IMG/VR virus record: IMGVR_UViG_3300025603_001562
From: an uncultured virus (IMG/VR IMGVR_UViG_3300025603_001562)
Taxonomy: Duplodnaviria; Heunggongvirae; Uroviricota; Caudoviricetes
Direction: 5' to 3' (one strand)
DNA: 64,000 nucleotides
Below are positions 48,142 to 58,533 of this stretch, piece by piece. Positions within the stretch are counted from its first letter, which is position 1, and each line of letters opens with the position of its first letter. The notes under the pieces were generated by a model, which was not told where the DNA came from, ran no database searches, and was given only the letters and a program-made list of their open reading frames with translations. The translations under genes and the position numbers were made by a program.

Positions 48142-50040
48142 TTATAAAATGTTTTTATATTCGTGTAATAGTTTCAAAGCTTTATATGCTCCAGCGCTTT
48201 TATGGAGGTGTCCACTCCATATTTCTGTCACCCAAGAAAAGTTAAAACCTTCCATCTCCTTAATTAGAAGAGGAAAGTTGATGTCCCCAAGGCCTATTTG
48301 CACACCTTCTCCGTTAATTCCGAGAGCATCTGATATGTGCAAATGCTTAGCAATAGGCATTACAGTTTTTGTGTATTCAATCAAGTCTTTACCATGCTCT
48401 GCGCAATAAAGTTGAGCATGGCAAACATCATATGTCATACCAAGATTGTAGTGGTCGCAGAACATTCGCATATCTTCTGCTGACGCAAATCCATGCTGGT
48501 ACCATTCTCCTCCTAAGTACCAGGGTCTTGATGGTAAGTTTTCAGGCATAATATCTACAACATCTTTGTATACATCAAACTCTCTGAAGTTTTTTATAGC
48601 ATTTTCCATCATCTCGGTCGTATCATCCATCTTGCGAATGTTTAACGACATACCGCCTAAGTGGACGACAATTCTAGGCTTTGTAGATGGAAAGTGCTTA
48701 TGTAAAAGCAGTGTCTTGCTTATTGTTTTATGCAGAATATCTTGCGACCGTTTTACTTTATCTAAATCGTTAGAACAAATGTCAAATAGCTCTCTGTCAA
48801 ATATTTCTGGAGCATGAACTATTAGCTGATGAGGATTAGGGGTTATTTCAGGTTTGAAATCAATGTCTAAATCGTTTTGAGAACAGTGGAATTCGACAAC
48901 TGGAGCAGGTAATGTATCATATGTCTCAAAGTCGTGAAATCTACATTTAAAACCCCAATTATTTGAATATTCGAAATTCTCCCAATCTGCTACCTCTATT
49001 ATATCTTCAAAATTATACTTCGTTATATATTGCTCTTTATTTACAGAGTTGTTCAACACTTTCCCATAATAGCTTTTTATCTCATGAGGGAATATTCCTT
49101 TTCCTGGGGATTTAAACACAACATCTTCTTTTGTGAGAACATGTCCTGGTAGTAATTCTGTTTTTGCTACGGCTGATTTGGCAAACAATTCTTTGTTCAG
49201 GGTTTCAGCTTGGTTTACCTCTTTCTTATTTCCTATTGACAACTCAAGCATTCGAATATTGTGAACCATAGTCTTCCACTCTTCTGGAAGCATTGATGCC
49301 TTGTGGTCAGGGCCTTTGCTTAAAGTGTCAAAAGTTATATGTTTTTCTATTATTCTGCACCCCAAGCTAACCGCTGCGATAGGAATAAAAATTCCTCTTT
49401 CATGACCAGAGAACCCTACAACTTTGGAGTATTTTTTCAATTTCTGTATAAATCCTAAATTCAAAGATTCATATGGTGATGGATATGTAGATTGAGTATG
49501 AAGAAGTATGTATTTTATCTTTTTATCTGAAAAAATAGTTGCACATGTAGAAATGTCTTCTTCGCTCCACATTCCTGTTGATATAATAACAGGTAAATTA
49601 TAAGTAGCACACTTTTCTATTAATGGAATATTTGTCATATCCGCTGATGATATTTTAAAAGCAGTAACACCTATGTCTGCACAAAAAACAACTGAATTTT
49701 CATCAAAAGGGGTTATGATAAGGTCAAGCTCTAGCTCATCACACAGTTTTCTAATTTGTAAATAGTCACTTTTTGACAACTCAGTTTCTTTTAAAAGCGG
49801 AATTAGGTAGTCAAAGCTCCATTCAGAGTTGTTTGAGTCCTCAAGCACATCTGAGCTGTATATGCTTGGTAAATCTCTTTTTTGAAACTTTACTGCATCA
49901 ACTCCAGAATCTTTTGCAGCGTGTATTAGTTTTATAGCTTGAGAAATGTCCCCATTGTGATTTATCCCTATTTCACATATAATGTAAGTTGAGTCTGATT
50001 TACCCTCAAGTATATTATCTATTTTATTGGTTCTATACAT
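48142..50040 (-). CDS. neuB: Nonulosonate synthase (NeuB + SAF) fused to a xylose-isomerase-like TIM barrel
   Basis: EIGINHNG, VKFQKR, ISTGM, GFSGHE, IEKHIT, DHKAS; C-terminal VHAPE, PEN, DVCH, HISD. Confidence 0.92.
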   Translation of the reverse strand: MYRTNKIDNILEGKSDSTYIICEIGINHNGDISQAIKLIHAAKDSGVDAVKFQKRDLPSIYSSDVLEDSNNSEWSFDYLIPLLKETELSKSDYLQIRKLCDELELDLIITPFDENSVVFCADIGVTAFKISSADMTNIPLIEKCATYNLPVIISTGMWSEEDISTCATIFSDKKIKYILLHTQSTYPSPYESLNLGFIQKLKKYSKVVGFSGHERGIFIPIAAVSLGCRIIEKHITFDTLSKGPDHKASMLPEEWKTMVHNIRMLELSIGNKKEVNQAETLNKELFAKSAVAKTELLPGHVLTKEDVVFKSPGKGIFPHEIKSYYGKVLNNSVNKEQYITKYNFEDIIEVADWENFEYSNNWGFKCRFHDFETYDTLPAPVVEFHCSQNDLDIDFKPEITPNPHQLIVHAPEIFDRELFDICSNDLDKVKRSQDILHKTISKTLLLHKHFPSTKPRIVVHLGGMSLNIRKMDDTTEMMENAIKNFREFDVYKDVVDIMPENLPSRPWYLGGEWYQHGFASAEDMRMFCDHYNLGMTYDVCHAQLYCAEHGKDLIEYTKTVMPIAKHLHISDALGINGEGVQIGLGDINFPLLIKEMEGFNFSWVTEIWSGHLHKSAGAYKALKLLHEYKNIL

Positions 50041-50956
50041 TGTTTCTCCAGAATTTTAATGTGTCTTTTATAGTTTCTACTAGAGTGTATCTAAATTTAA
50101 AACCTAACTCTATTATTTTTCTATTATCTGAAAGAAGAATGTTGTTTAACTTATTTCTTTCATTGATTGTCTGACGATTAACTATCTTTACCGCTGTTGT
50201 TACGCCAGATTCTTTTATAGCTGTGTCTAGTAAATGCTGTATTCGTGTAATATTTCCAGAACCAATGTTATAAACCTCTCCTGTGTTTCCTTTCTCAAAA
50301 ATTAGTTTATACGCCCTAGCTGCGTCTCTACCATCAATAAAATCCCTTTGACAGGAGAGGTCTCCAACGTTTAAAACAGCCTCAGCTCCTCTTTCTATTT
50401 CAATCAACCTTGAAGCAAATGCAGATAGCACAAAAGACTTTCTCTGCCAAGGCCCTATAGCATTAAACTGTCGTACATAAACAATCGGAAGCCCTTTGCT
50501 ATAGTAATACATAGAAGTGTTGTATAGAAACACTTTACTTAGCCCGTATATAGAGGAAGGGTATAAAGAACTTTCTTCTTTTAACGCTTCTGAACCTTTC
50601 GCATATTCTGCTGCTGAGCCAATGATTATTATTTTCTCAAGAGACTTTAGGTTCTTTAAATTTTCATATAATTGCTCCAAGGCAACAGCTATGGGAGTGA
50701 CATTTTCTTTAATTGACTGATTAATCGTGTTGTTGTCTTTTACTAATGAATTTCCCTTGGCAAAAAGAATGTAATTAGGCTGAAATTCCAGCGCATAGTC
50801 ATAAATGTTTTTTGAAACCTTCTCTTGCCTGCATTTAAATTTAGGCAAATCATGGTTATGATACAGTACAAACACTTCGTTTTTTGAGTTTGAAAAAACA
50901 TCACTAACATGTCTTGATAAAAAACCTGAACCAATTATAAGGATTTTTTTATTCAT
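50033..50956 (-). CDS. NAD-dependent epimerase/reductase (Rmd/Gmd-like extended SDR)
   Basis: GSGFLS, SAAEY, YGLSK, RQFNAIGP, RDFID. Confidence 0.85.
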   Translation of the reverse strand: MNKKILIIGSGFLSRHVSDVFSNSKNEVFVLYHNHDLPKFKCRQEKVSKNIYDYALEFQPNYILFAKGNSLVKDNNTINQSIKENVTPIAVALEQLYENLKNLKSLEKIIIIGSAAEYAKGSEALKEESSLYPSSIYGLSKVFLYNTSMYYYSKGLPIVYVRQFNAIGPWQRKSFVLSAFASRLIEIERGAEAVLNVGDLSCQRDFIDGRDAARAYKLIFEKGNTGEVYNIGSGNITRIQHLLDTAIKESGVTTAVKIVNRQTINERNKLNNILLSDNRKIIELGFKFRYTLVETIKDTLKFWRNNV

Positions 50957-51677
50957 ATTTTATTTTTTCACTCCAATCACTTTCTGGAATGGCATATGCC
51001 ATTCCAGAAAGTGTAACTTCATTGTACAAGTTGGTTAATAATTTTAAAGACTCTTCTTTAGGGCGAATCAAGGAGCAGTCAAGCTTCATTTTCTCAGTGT
51101 CGATTATACTGCAGAAAGTTGCATCAATCAAATCTTTATCATGTAAGTATTTGATTAATGAAATTTCTACATTAGCATTGTGCATTGTTTTGTTGATGGA
51201 TAATTTATTGATTTGGTGGTTTTCATTTTCTTCTGTTTTTATAGAAAACCCTATTATAAAAGGCTTTACACCGCAATTTATAGATTGAGTTATATATGAA
51301 AATCCGCACCTGAGTTCAAAGTCTATTTTTATCGGTATTTTATTTTTAGTTATTATCTGTCGCATAAAACTTGTATTATTGGAAGGATATGTTACAAAAC
51401 TGCTTTTTGTTTCATGAATGTATTCTTTAAAAGAATCTATCACCTCTTTATTTACGATTGAATCATACACAGAGAAGTCTTTATCTAGATAATGCTTATA
51501 CACATGACAGTTCAGCACTTGAACACTAGATTCCCTTGTTCCATATCCAACATTATTCATTAACATGTTATTTCTAACTATTTCTTCAAAAGAGTCAACA
51601 ATACAGTTTAATGATTTTTTATAATGCTTTGACCCGCATATAATCGTTGCATTTTTTTGTAAAATTAAATCAGACAT
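50949..51677 (-). CDS. GT29-like (sialyltransferase-like) protein
   Basis: L-motif-like DSFEEIVRNN..YGTR; S-motif-like RCGFSYI..IIGFS; VS-like HNANVE. Confidence 0.6.
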   Translation of the reverse strand: MSDLILQKNATIICGSKHYKKSLNCIVDSFEEIVRNNMLMNNVGYGTRESSVQVLNCHVYKHYLDKDFSVYDSIVNKEVIDSFKEYIHETKSSFVTYPSNNTSFMRQIITKNKIPIKIDFELRCGFSYITQSINCGVKPFIIGFSIKTEENENHQINKLSINKTMHNANVEISLIKYLHDKDLIDATFCSIIDTEKMKLDCSLIRPKEESLKLLTNLYNEVTLSGMAYAIPESDWSEKIKYE

Positions 51678-52650
51678 GATTCGTTTTTTTTAAACTAAGC
51701 TTTGATGCGAGTTTTTCTACTATTTGCTTCACTTTTTTGCGCTGCTCTGTTGTTGCCAGCGGGAATGGTGCGCGAGTACAAGGTGCTTGTAGTCCCATTT
51801 CTTGCAGCGCCGTCCTAAAGCCTAAGTGCCATCCTATATTCATAAGAGCTTCAAAGCCCTCAGCCTCGCGAGCTAGGTAGTAACGAGTTGATAAACCTTG
51901 CTGTTTAAGGTCTAAGTAGTTTATAGCATATTCTGGAAAAAGGCTTCCTATACCAGTTAAGAATGAGCATGCTCCATTATCATGTTGCATTTCAAACCTG
52001 CTCATAGAGCCTTCTGCTAATATTATCGCAAACTCTTCTGTTTTAACATCTTCAATTACTTGAGTAGCTTTCGCCATGTGAGAACTTTCCTCTTTCATCC
52101 CAATGATGTTCGGGTGAGAAGCTATTTCGTTAATCAAGTTGGCTTCAAAATCTACTGAGTAACCATGTTTTGCATGCTTCATCGGTTTCCCGTCAAACAA
52201 GCAAGGTCTTTGAGCGTGGTCAGTTAGCTCAAAGAAATAGTCCATAACTATGGCATCGTCGTAATACCTCTCTGGATAAAGCCACATGTAATAAACCTTG
52301 TCCAAGTGGTCTGCTGCAATTCTTTCAAACTCCTCTACAAACTTCTTTGCAGTTCTGGTGTCATACGCAGGGACTCCAACGACCACTTTGCCAGGAAAAT
52401 TCTCAACCACAATGCGATTGAACTGCAATATCTCTGAGAACCCTAAAAGATTGTATGCAGATGTTCCCGCTGTCGTCATTACAATTTTAGCTTGTTTAGA
52501 GGCGAGGTGCTGAACATATAACCCAATTTGGGGTAAATCGAGCTCGTTTCCGTGTTTCGCTCCATCATCTCCCAAATAGGTGTCAGTAAATGCTGGTGGG
52601 ATTGGGAATATAGGTGTTGAAAATATTTCTTTATGTTGCTTTTTTTCCAT
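51670..52650 (-). CDS. DHDPS/N-acetylneuraminate lyase family aldolase
   Basis: TTAGTS, HPNIIGMKE (Schiff-base Lys), RAPF. Confidence 0.8.
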   Translation of the reverse strand: MEKKQHKEIFSTPIFPIPPAFTDTYLGDDGAKHGNELDLPQIGLYVQHLASKQAKIVMTTAGTSAYNLLGFSEILQFNRIVVENFPGKVVVGVPAYDTRTAKKFVEEFERIAADHLDKVYYMWLYPERYYDDAIVMDYFFELTDHAQRPCLFDGKPMKHAKHGYSVDFEANLINEIASHPNIIGMKEESSHMAKATQVIEDVKTEEFAIILAEGSMSRFEMQHDNGACSFLTGIGSLFPEYAINYLDLKQQGLSTRYYLAREAEGFEALMNIGWHLGFRTALQEMGLQAPCTRAPFPLATTEQRKKVKQIVEKLASKLSLKKTNHV

Positions 52651-52678
52651 TTTAACAGTTGTTGTCAGTATAATATAT

Positions 52679-53001
52679 TTACTTTTCCTGACTTTTTCAA
52701 GTATAATAGGAATTCTCGTTCTCTATTGCAGCTGTGACAAGACTCGTTTAGGTCTCTATCTTAAAGGTAATGCGTGATTACAGCTCCTTCATTTACGCTG
52801 AACCCGTAAAGGCTTAGTACTATTCCAGGCTCTACGCAAGCATAAACCATCATAATTCCAACAGTGGAAATTTTATTATTTTCAGGGATGCGAGCACAGC
52901 CTCTATTGAGATATCCGACATCAAATTTATTTACATTTGAACTGCTGCCTACGATTGCGACATTCGTGTGTGAGTAAACTTTAGGATTGGTCCATTTTCA
53001 T
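52679..53001 (-). pseudogene. Decayed GT29-like sialyltransferase
   Basis: Reads VAIVGSS..DVG..STVGIMMVYAC..LYGFS..HYL*..CH....E, with a start frameshift, an internal deletion and an in-frame TAA; absent from the ORF track. Confidence 0.6.
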
Positions 53002-53303
53002 ATCCATTCACCATTTTCCCAAGACCTAGCATTAATAGCTTTATCATCAATAAAAACATCAAAAGGAGGCTTGTCCAATCTTAAATAATGATATTTAAGA
53101 CCTGCTTCGTCAAGCTGTTTCTCCGTCAAGTCTCTCCAATCTATCCCTGTCTTTGCTCCACGCGCTGTCCACACAGTGATGGTGTGGCCTTGGTCAAATA
53201 GTACGTTGATTTTATTGATATTTTCTGATATAGACGTAGCTCCTTCGTAATCCATACCTTCTGTTTTCATCAGAGTCTCATCTATATCTACATAAACATC
53301 CAT
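52998..53303 (-). CDS. Minimal HAD phosphatase (capsule-biosynthesis type)
   Basis: DIDET, WTARG, KP..D.FIDDKA. Confidence 0.85.
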   Translation of the reverse strand: MDVYVDIDETLMKTEGMDYEGATSISENINKINVLFDQGHTITVWTARGAKTGIDWRDLTEKQLDEAGLKYHYLRLDKPPFDVFIDDKAINARSWENGEWI

Positions 53304-53378
53304 TGTTGTATTATTTTTTTATTGTAAGTCTATTTCTGTATTTATAATTTTTTGCGCTCTCGTATGTAAAACACTTTA

Positions 53379-54539
53379 TTAACCGTTATCTGCGTAAAAA
53401 TCTTTAATAATGTTGACAACAAACTCAACTTGCTCTTCGTTCATAAAAGGGTGCATTGGGAGGCTTAGTATAGATTTTGAGTTTTTCTCAGTGTTATTGT
53501 TTTCATACCCAAAAACCAACCCTTTATTGCAGACGCTGCTTTGAATGGAAATTGGGTAATGGATTACTGTGTGAACGCCATTTTCTATTAAGTGTTTTTG
53601 GAGTTCTTCTCTGTTTTCAACTCTCAAGCAATAGATGTGAAACACTTGTTCTTCTGAATATTCAGCTTCGATAGGTAGTTTTATCTGCTTGACATCTTTA
53701 AGTTTTTCACTGTAAAGAGCAGCGATAGAGCGGCGTTGAGAATTCCACTGGTCTAAGTGAGTTAATTTCTCTTTTAAAAAAATAGCTTGGATACTGTCCA
53801 TCCTATTATTCCATCCATCAACAATATGTTCATATTTTTTTATACTACCTAAATTTCTGAGAGCAAGAAGCCTTGTTCGATACTCCTCGATATTAGTAGT
53901 AATAACTCCAGCGTCTCCTATGGCTCCTAAATTCTTTCCAGGGTAGCAACTATATACACAAAGGTCTCCATATTGTCCAACCATTTTCCCTTCGCTTGTT
54001 CGAGCTCCATGAGCTTGAGATGCATCTTCAATCACATAACATTTAAACTTTGATGCAATGCGCGAAACTTCTTTCATATCAGATACGTGTCCATATAGGT
54101 GGACGGGCAATAAAACAATGTTGTCAAAATCTTTTCGACGGTTTTCTAGGTGGGTTTCTAAAAGTTTTGTGTCTATTTGAAAATAATCATCATGGTCAAT
54201 AAGCTCTATATCAAAATCTCCGTGTTGATATTTAACAGAGTAGATATCAGCAATATATCCATTTGCTGGCATTATCACTTGAGTCCGACCTTTGAGCTCA
54301 AGTGCTTGAAGAGCTAATTTAAGGCCGTCTGTGCCATTAGAGCACCCGATAGCATAGTTTGTACTGGTATACTCTGCAAACGCTTCTTCAAAAGCCTCCA
54401 CTTCGCCTCCGCCGATGTAGTAGCCTTTTTGAAAAAATGCATCCAACTTTGGTTGAACCACATCTTTAATTGCATCCCACTGCGCTCCTAAGTTATTGAA
54501 ATCAACTTTAACTTGTTTTCGTACTTTTCCTTTGCTCAT
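53379..54539 (-). CDS. DegT/DnrJ-family sugar aminotransferase (FdtB-like)
   Basis: SNGTDG, PVHLYG, EDASQAHG, YPGKNLGAIGDAG, NNRMD. Confidence 0.92.
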   Translation of the reverse strand: MSKGKVRKQVKVDFNNLGAQWDAIKDVVQPKLDAFFQKGYYIGGGEVEAFEEAFAEYTSTNYAIGCSNGTDGLKLALQALELKGRTQVIMPANGYIADIYSVKYQHGDFDIELIDHDDYFQIDTKLLETHLENRRKDFDNIVLLPVHLYGHVSDMKEVSRIASKFKCYVIEDASQAHGARTSEGKMVGQYGDLCVYSCYPGKNLGAIGDAGVITTNIEEYRTRLLALRNLGSIKKYEHIVDGWNNRMDSIQAIFLKEKLTHLDQWNSQRRSIAALYSEKLKDVKQIKLPIEAEYSEEQVFHIYCLRVENREELQKHLIENGVHTVIHYPISIQSSVCNKGLVFGYENNNTEKNSKSILSLPMHPFMNEEQVEFVVNIIKDFYADNG

Positions 54540-54703
54540 TGTTCTAGAATTTTTAATGTTGTTTTCGTTAGATGATGTTGTTTATCCATGTCTTCTTTTG
54601 TCATTCTAAAAAATGCTTGGATAGAATTTTCTAAAGGAGAAGATTTGGCGTCTGATGTAATGATGTTCGACTTATTTTTCCTTTTTACTACTTTCGTTGT
54701 CAT
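54536..54703 (-). CDS. Small hypothetical protein
   Basis: Start MTTKVVK; TAATG and ATGA coupling to neighbours. Confidence 0.45.
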   Translation of the reverse strand: MTTKVVKRKNKSNIITSDAKSSPLENSIQAFFRMTKEDMDKQHHLTKTTLKILEQ

Positions 54704-55650
54704 TATACGTCGGCTGTTTGGCATTCTAATTCTAAAATAAAGTTAGACAACCATCCCCAGGGAGCCAAATATTTTTCCCACAATTGTCTATTATATGTTT
54801 GTAATTTTGTAATTACGAATCTATTTCGTTCCATCCAAGCATCGATATGCTCAGCAATGTTTGGTAGCTCGCTTTCTGGTATAATGATGGCGCAGTCCTT
54901 GTAATTGATTTGGTCTTCGAATGGTAATATTTGGTCGGAATCTATTATTAAAGGAATTCGGCCCATCATCATTGTTTCGTAGAGTCTATAGGAGAAGTTT
55001 CCTGCGCCTCTTGCACAGAGAATAAACACGTTGTTTCGAAGATTGTCTATGAATTCTCTTCGGGCCTGACCCTTGGGGAGCTCTGGTGCCCAGAATCCTT
55101 TTCTCAGAATGAAATCTGTTTCTAGAATGGTTTGTTTTCTGAGTTTTTGTATAGCTTTTCTTCTCACGGGGATAAACGCTTGGCCACAGAATCCAACAGA
55201 CAACTGTTTATTTGGGTTATCGATTATCTTCGATTGGTCGTAAAAATCTCCTGTGAACGCTGGAAATGCATATTCATTCTCTTTTCGGTCTCTGGTGTTG
55301 AATGATGTTCGAAACACATAACCTTGTTCTGGCCTAACATTTATTGGGTTTTCATCGTCATCGTTGTAAATCACAATTATCTTCTTCCCTGCGTCGTTTG
55401 CTTCTTTGATTAACTCTTTGGTCTGAAGGGTGTCTTCATATTTATAAGGAAGGACTGCATAGTCACAATCCTTCAAAGATGCGTATTGAATGATGGAGTC
55501 CCCGCTGGACATTACTCTTGAGAATCTGTCGTTGTGAAGTGGCTCCTGGGGCCAGTTTGATGTATCCTCAAAAGGCATACAGAAGATGGTCTCGGTCATC
55601 CCTCCATCTTTTCCTTTGAAAGCTTTTTTGTTGTAGTATATTTTGGTCAT
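54703..55650 (-). CDS. Exostosin-family (GT47-like) glycosyltransferase
   Basis: VGFCG, FILCARGAGNFSYRLYETMMMGRIP, LPFE. Confidence 0.8.
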   Translation of the reverse strand: MTKIYYNKKAFKGKDGGMTETIFCMPFEDTSNWPQEPLHNDRFSRVMSSGDSIIQYASLKDCDYAVLPYKYEDTLQTKELIKEANDAGKKIIVIYNDDDENPINVRPEQGYVFRTSFNTRDRKENEYAFPAFTGDFYDQSKIIDNPNKQLSVGFCGQAFIPVRRKAIQKLRKQTILETDFILRKGFWAPELPKGQARREFIDNLRNNVFILCARGAGNFSYRLYETMMMGRIPLIIDSDQILPFEDQINYKDCAIIIPESELPNIAEHIDAWMERNRFVITKLQTYNRQLWEKYLAPWGWLSNFILELECQTADV

Positions 55651-56498
55651 ACCAGTTTTCGTATTAACTCCTTAGCTCCTCCAGCTGACTGGAAGTGAAG
55701 AGTGTTAAAAACGACATTCTCTCCAGTAATTATGTTTTTAATCACGGGCATACCGTCAATCATTTTGAATTTTTTAACAAAAATCTTTCTACCTAACCCT
55801 ATGTCTTGTTCAACCATTTCGTACTCAACTCGCTCTTGGTTCTCTGCCGCGTTGATGTTGTGGTCAAAAGTGGAGCCTTCAAAAACGGATGTCATGCATT
55901 CGACTTCGTTTTCTTGAGCATACAAATACAATAGAGTCATGTCGCAAATTCCGCCTGGCTGTTTATTTTTGATGTGATGTGCTTGCTTGCGTTTGAGACG
56001 TTTTCGAGCAGATTTTTCTACATACTGAGCCTTCATAAACACCCAAAGCTTCTCTAACTCTGTAACCGTCATGTAGGACGTGTGCGCGGAGCAACTCCAG
56101 CGATATTCTGGCTGGTGAGTTGGCACGCTCATCCCTATTGAGTTGTGACGAATTCTGGCAGTAATATTCTCGTTTAGGTTTTTGAAAATCAAAACATCTG
56201 AATCCAAATAAACTGCTGCTATGTGCCCTTTTTCTTTTAAAAGGTTCAGCATCATTTTCCACCTTACAATGCAAATGTGTTCAACCCAGGCTGAGTTGGT
56301 TGACATGTGCGTGTATGTGTCTGTGAATTCCTGAACTCCTTCTAAGTAATCTTCCGATTGGACCACTTCAATTCCTTCGTACTTAACTTTTTGGTCCGTA
56401 ATCAAATAGACTGTGTCATGAAATTTCCTCGCTTGCTTCAAGACAGGCTCCAAATACCAGGCTGCTCCAAAATGGATAAAAACTATTGGTAGGTTCAT
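55647..56498 (-). CDS. Putative GT-A glycosyltransferase
   Basis: YLDSDVLIF, ICDMT, LHFQ. Confidence 0.6.
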   Translation of the reverse strand: MNLPIVFIHFGAAWYLEPVLKQARKFHDTVYLITDQKVKYEGIEVVQSEDYLEGVQEFTDTYTHMSTNSAWVEHICIVRWKMMLNLLKEKGHIAAVYLDSDVLIFKNLNENITARIRHNSIGMSVPTHQPEYRWSCSAHTSYMTVTELEKLWVFMKAQYVEKSARKRLKRKQAHHIKNKQPGGICDMTLLYLYAQENEVECMTSVFEGSTFDHNINAAENQERVEYEMVEQDIGLGRKIFVKKFKMIDGMPVIKNIITGENVVFNTLHFQSAGGAKELIRKLV

Positions 56499-57295
56499 AA
56501 TGATAACTCTATTGATTTATGAAAATTCTCTGGGCTCAAGTAGTTGTCGTAAACATCTTTCATCGCAACACGCATGGTATTTATGTCGCTCAAAGAGAAC
56601 TCTTCTAATACTTTTGAAATGGTCTTTATCTTTTTCTCTGGGATAGTAACCGAGATTAGGGCCCAATCAATGTCTTCGTGTAAAGGTGGTCTGTATCCAT
56701 CTGCTATGATAACAGGTATTGTGCCCATAGCCATCGCCTCAAACATTCTAACCGAGCTTATCCCTGTTCCTCTCGGACAAAGAGCAAACTCACAGCTAGC
56801 CAATGCGTTTGTGTAATTTTTTGAGAACTCCTCTCCCAAGTTTACATCTAGACCCCAGTGGACTCCACTGTCAGTACATTGGTCAGGAAACAACTTTACT
56901 ATTCCCTTCCTAGTGTGATGGGTTGTGGTCGAACCTAGGAATCCAAACAGTTTCGTGCGACCGCAAGGCTGCTCAGAGACATTAACAGGGAAATGCGGAA
57001 TAGATATTACATTATTGCTGTCAGTGGCATGTGGGCTACACATGACGCTGTTGTTGTCTACTTGCAGTTGATTCACAAGAATATGCTGACACACAAGTAT
57101 TTTTTTCTCCTTCGGGTCCAAAGAGTCTATGACGCTCTGCGTTGCTGGGGCACCAATGTTATTTATCATGTGAGCCAATGGCAGCATGTGAAGAACCCAG
57201 TCATCACTAATAGTGGATTCCTTCAGCTTTTGAAACATTGTTTCTTCTGTCGGAATGTATGGGTCTTTGCCATAATTGTGTTCTACTACTTTCAT
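56495..57295 (-). CDS. Exostosin-family (GT47-like) glycosyltransferase
   Basis: FALCPRGTGISSVRMFEAMAMGTIPVIIAD..PP...IDW. Confidence 0.82.
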   Translation of the reverse strand: MKVVEHNYGKDPYIPTEETMFQKLKESTISDDWVLHMLPLAHMINNIGAPATQSVIDSLDPKEKKILVCQHILVNQLQVDNNSVMCSPHATDSNNVISIPHFPVNVSEQPCGRTKLFGFLGSTTTHHTRKGIVKLFPDQCTDSGVHWGLDVNLGEEFSKNYTNALASCEFALCPRGTGISSVRMFEAMAMGTIPVIIADGYRPPLHEDIDWALISVTIPEKKIKTISKVLEEFSLSDINTMRVAMKDVYDNYLSPENFHKSIELSL

Positions 57296-57893
57296 AGTTG
57301 AATAAATGTAATCTCTGTTCGTTTAGGGTTTGTTTTCAAAATGACGTAGTCATTTTCCTTCATCATCTCAATCATTTTTTCGGTATCTATTGAGATTTAT
57401 CATCCAAACAAAAATGGTGAAACTCTACGCATATTTGCTTAATTCCTACACACTCTTGAAGACACTCATATTCAGAACCCTCTATATCCATTTTGATGAC
57501 GGAAATATTGCTATAACGTTCTCTAAGTTCTTTGAATGAAACACATTTAGCCGTATAAGTTTCTCCCCCAACGCTAGCGTGATTTGGAAGAGCGCTCTCA
57601 CTAACCCAGTCGGGGTTTGTATTTTTATGCATCACTATCTCTTTCACTCCGTGTGGGGCCACAGCCTTTTCTAGTAGTTCGAAGTTTTTTGGATTTAACT
57701 CATTAACATGATTAATGCTTTTTTCAGTTGGGTCCACTCCGACTATTTGTATTTTTCGATGTTCTTGGAGCTCTAAGGGGAAAGTAATGTCTTCTCCTAG
57801 GCCAGCATCGATTATAAAATCGCCGTCTTTAATGTGGTCTAAATCTACGGTCCAACCGCCGTAATCGGTTCCAAAGTGTCTTATATTAGGCAT
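57292..57893 (-). CDS. FkbM-family methyltransferase, frameshifted near 57395
   Basis: YGGW, GLGEDITF, KMDIEGSE, VEFHH. The ORF stops at 57387, but the -1 frame continues (IDTEKMIEMM...EITFIQL*) to an ATGA overlap at 57292-57295. Confidence 0.75.
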
Positions 57894-58533
57894 ATGTTTT
57901 CATTTGTTGCTTTACATACTCAAACATCTCTGCTTTCTTCTCTACTCCAACAGTGAAGTTTGCGTGATGCGCCATTATGTTTCTTGGTAGGATAAAGTTT
58001 TTTTCTCCATTCCAAACTTTCGCTCCGTTAACTGAGGCGATTGTAAAATATTTATCCTGGGGAAGCAATTTATACCGCACTCTACCCTTGTGGACGTTCA
58101 TGGCTACTTGGTCGTTTGCAAAGTCAGGAGTAACCTTGTGGATGTGTTTTAAGAATTTCTTCATAACCTTTGTTCCTCTTCCGATGAAAAGTCCAGCGCA
58201 TATTGTTCCGTTATCAGATTGAGCAACCATATCAGTCTTGTCATCTATATACGTCAGTATGTCATCGTGGAAATTATCAAAGAACTGAATGTCACAATCG
58301 GCAAAAACAAATGGTTGGTCTGAATTTTCTTCTGCGGCCCGAATCAAAATATCGACTTTATCAACCATTGTGTCGTTGAAACCTTTTGTTCCGAAATCTC
58401 CGTTTCCTTTTTGACCCACAACTGTAACGTCTAACTCAAAGTCTTTATCCAAACCCAATCGATTGAATGACTCCAGAAAATAATTTTCGTAGAGCTCTCT
58501 GTGGGACTCGCTATAGAATGTGTAGATTTTCAT
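57886..58533 (-). CDS. Nucleotide-diphospho-sugar transferase (GT77-like)
   Basis: FADCDIQFF, ICAGLF, NDQ, HHANFTVG..KK. Confidence 0.78.
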   Translation of the reverse strand: MKIYTFYSESHRELYENYFLESFNRLGLDKDFELDVTVVGQKGNGDFGTKGFNDTMVDKVDILIRAAEENSDQPFVFADCDIQFFDNFHDDILTYIDDKTDMVAQSDNGTICAGLFIGRGTKVMKKFLKHIHKVTPDFANDQVAMNVHKGRVRYKLLPQDKYFTIASVNGAKVWNGEKNFILPRNIMAHHANFTVGVEKKAEMFEYVKQQMKTYA

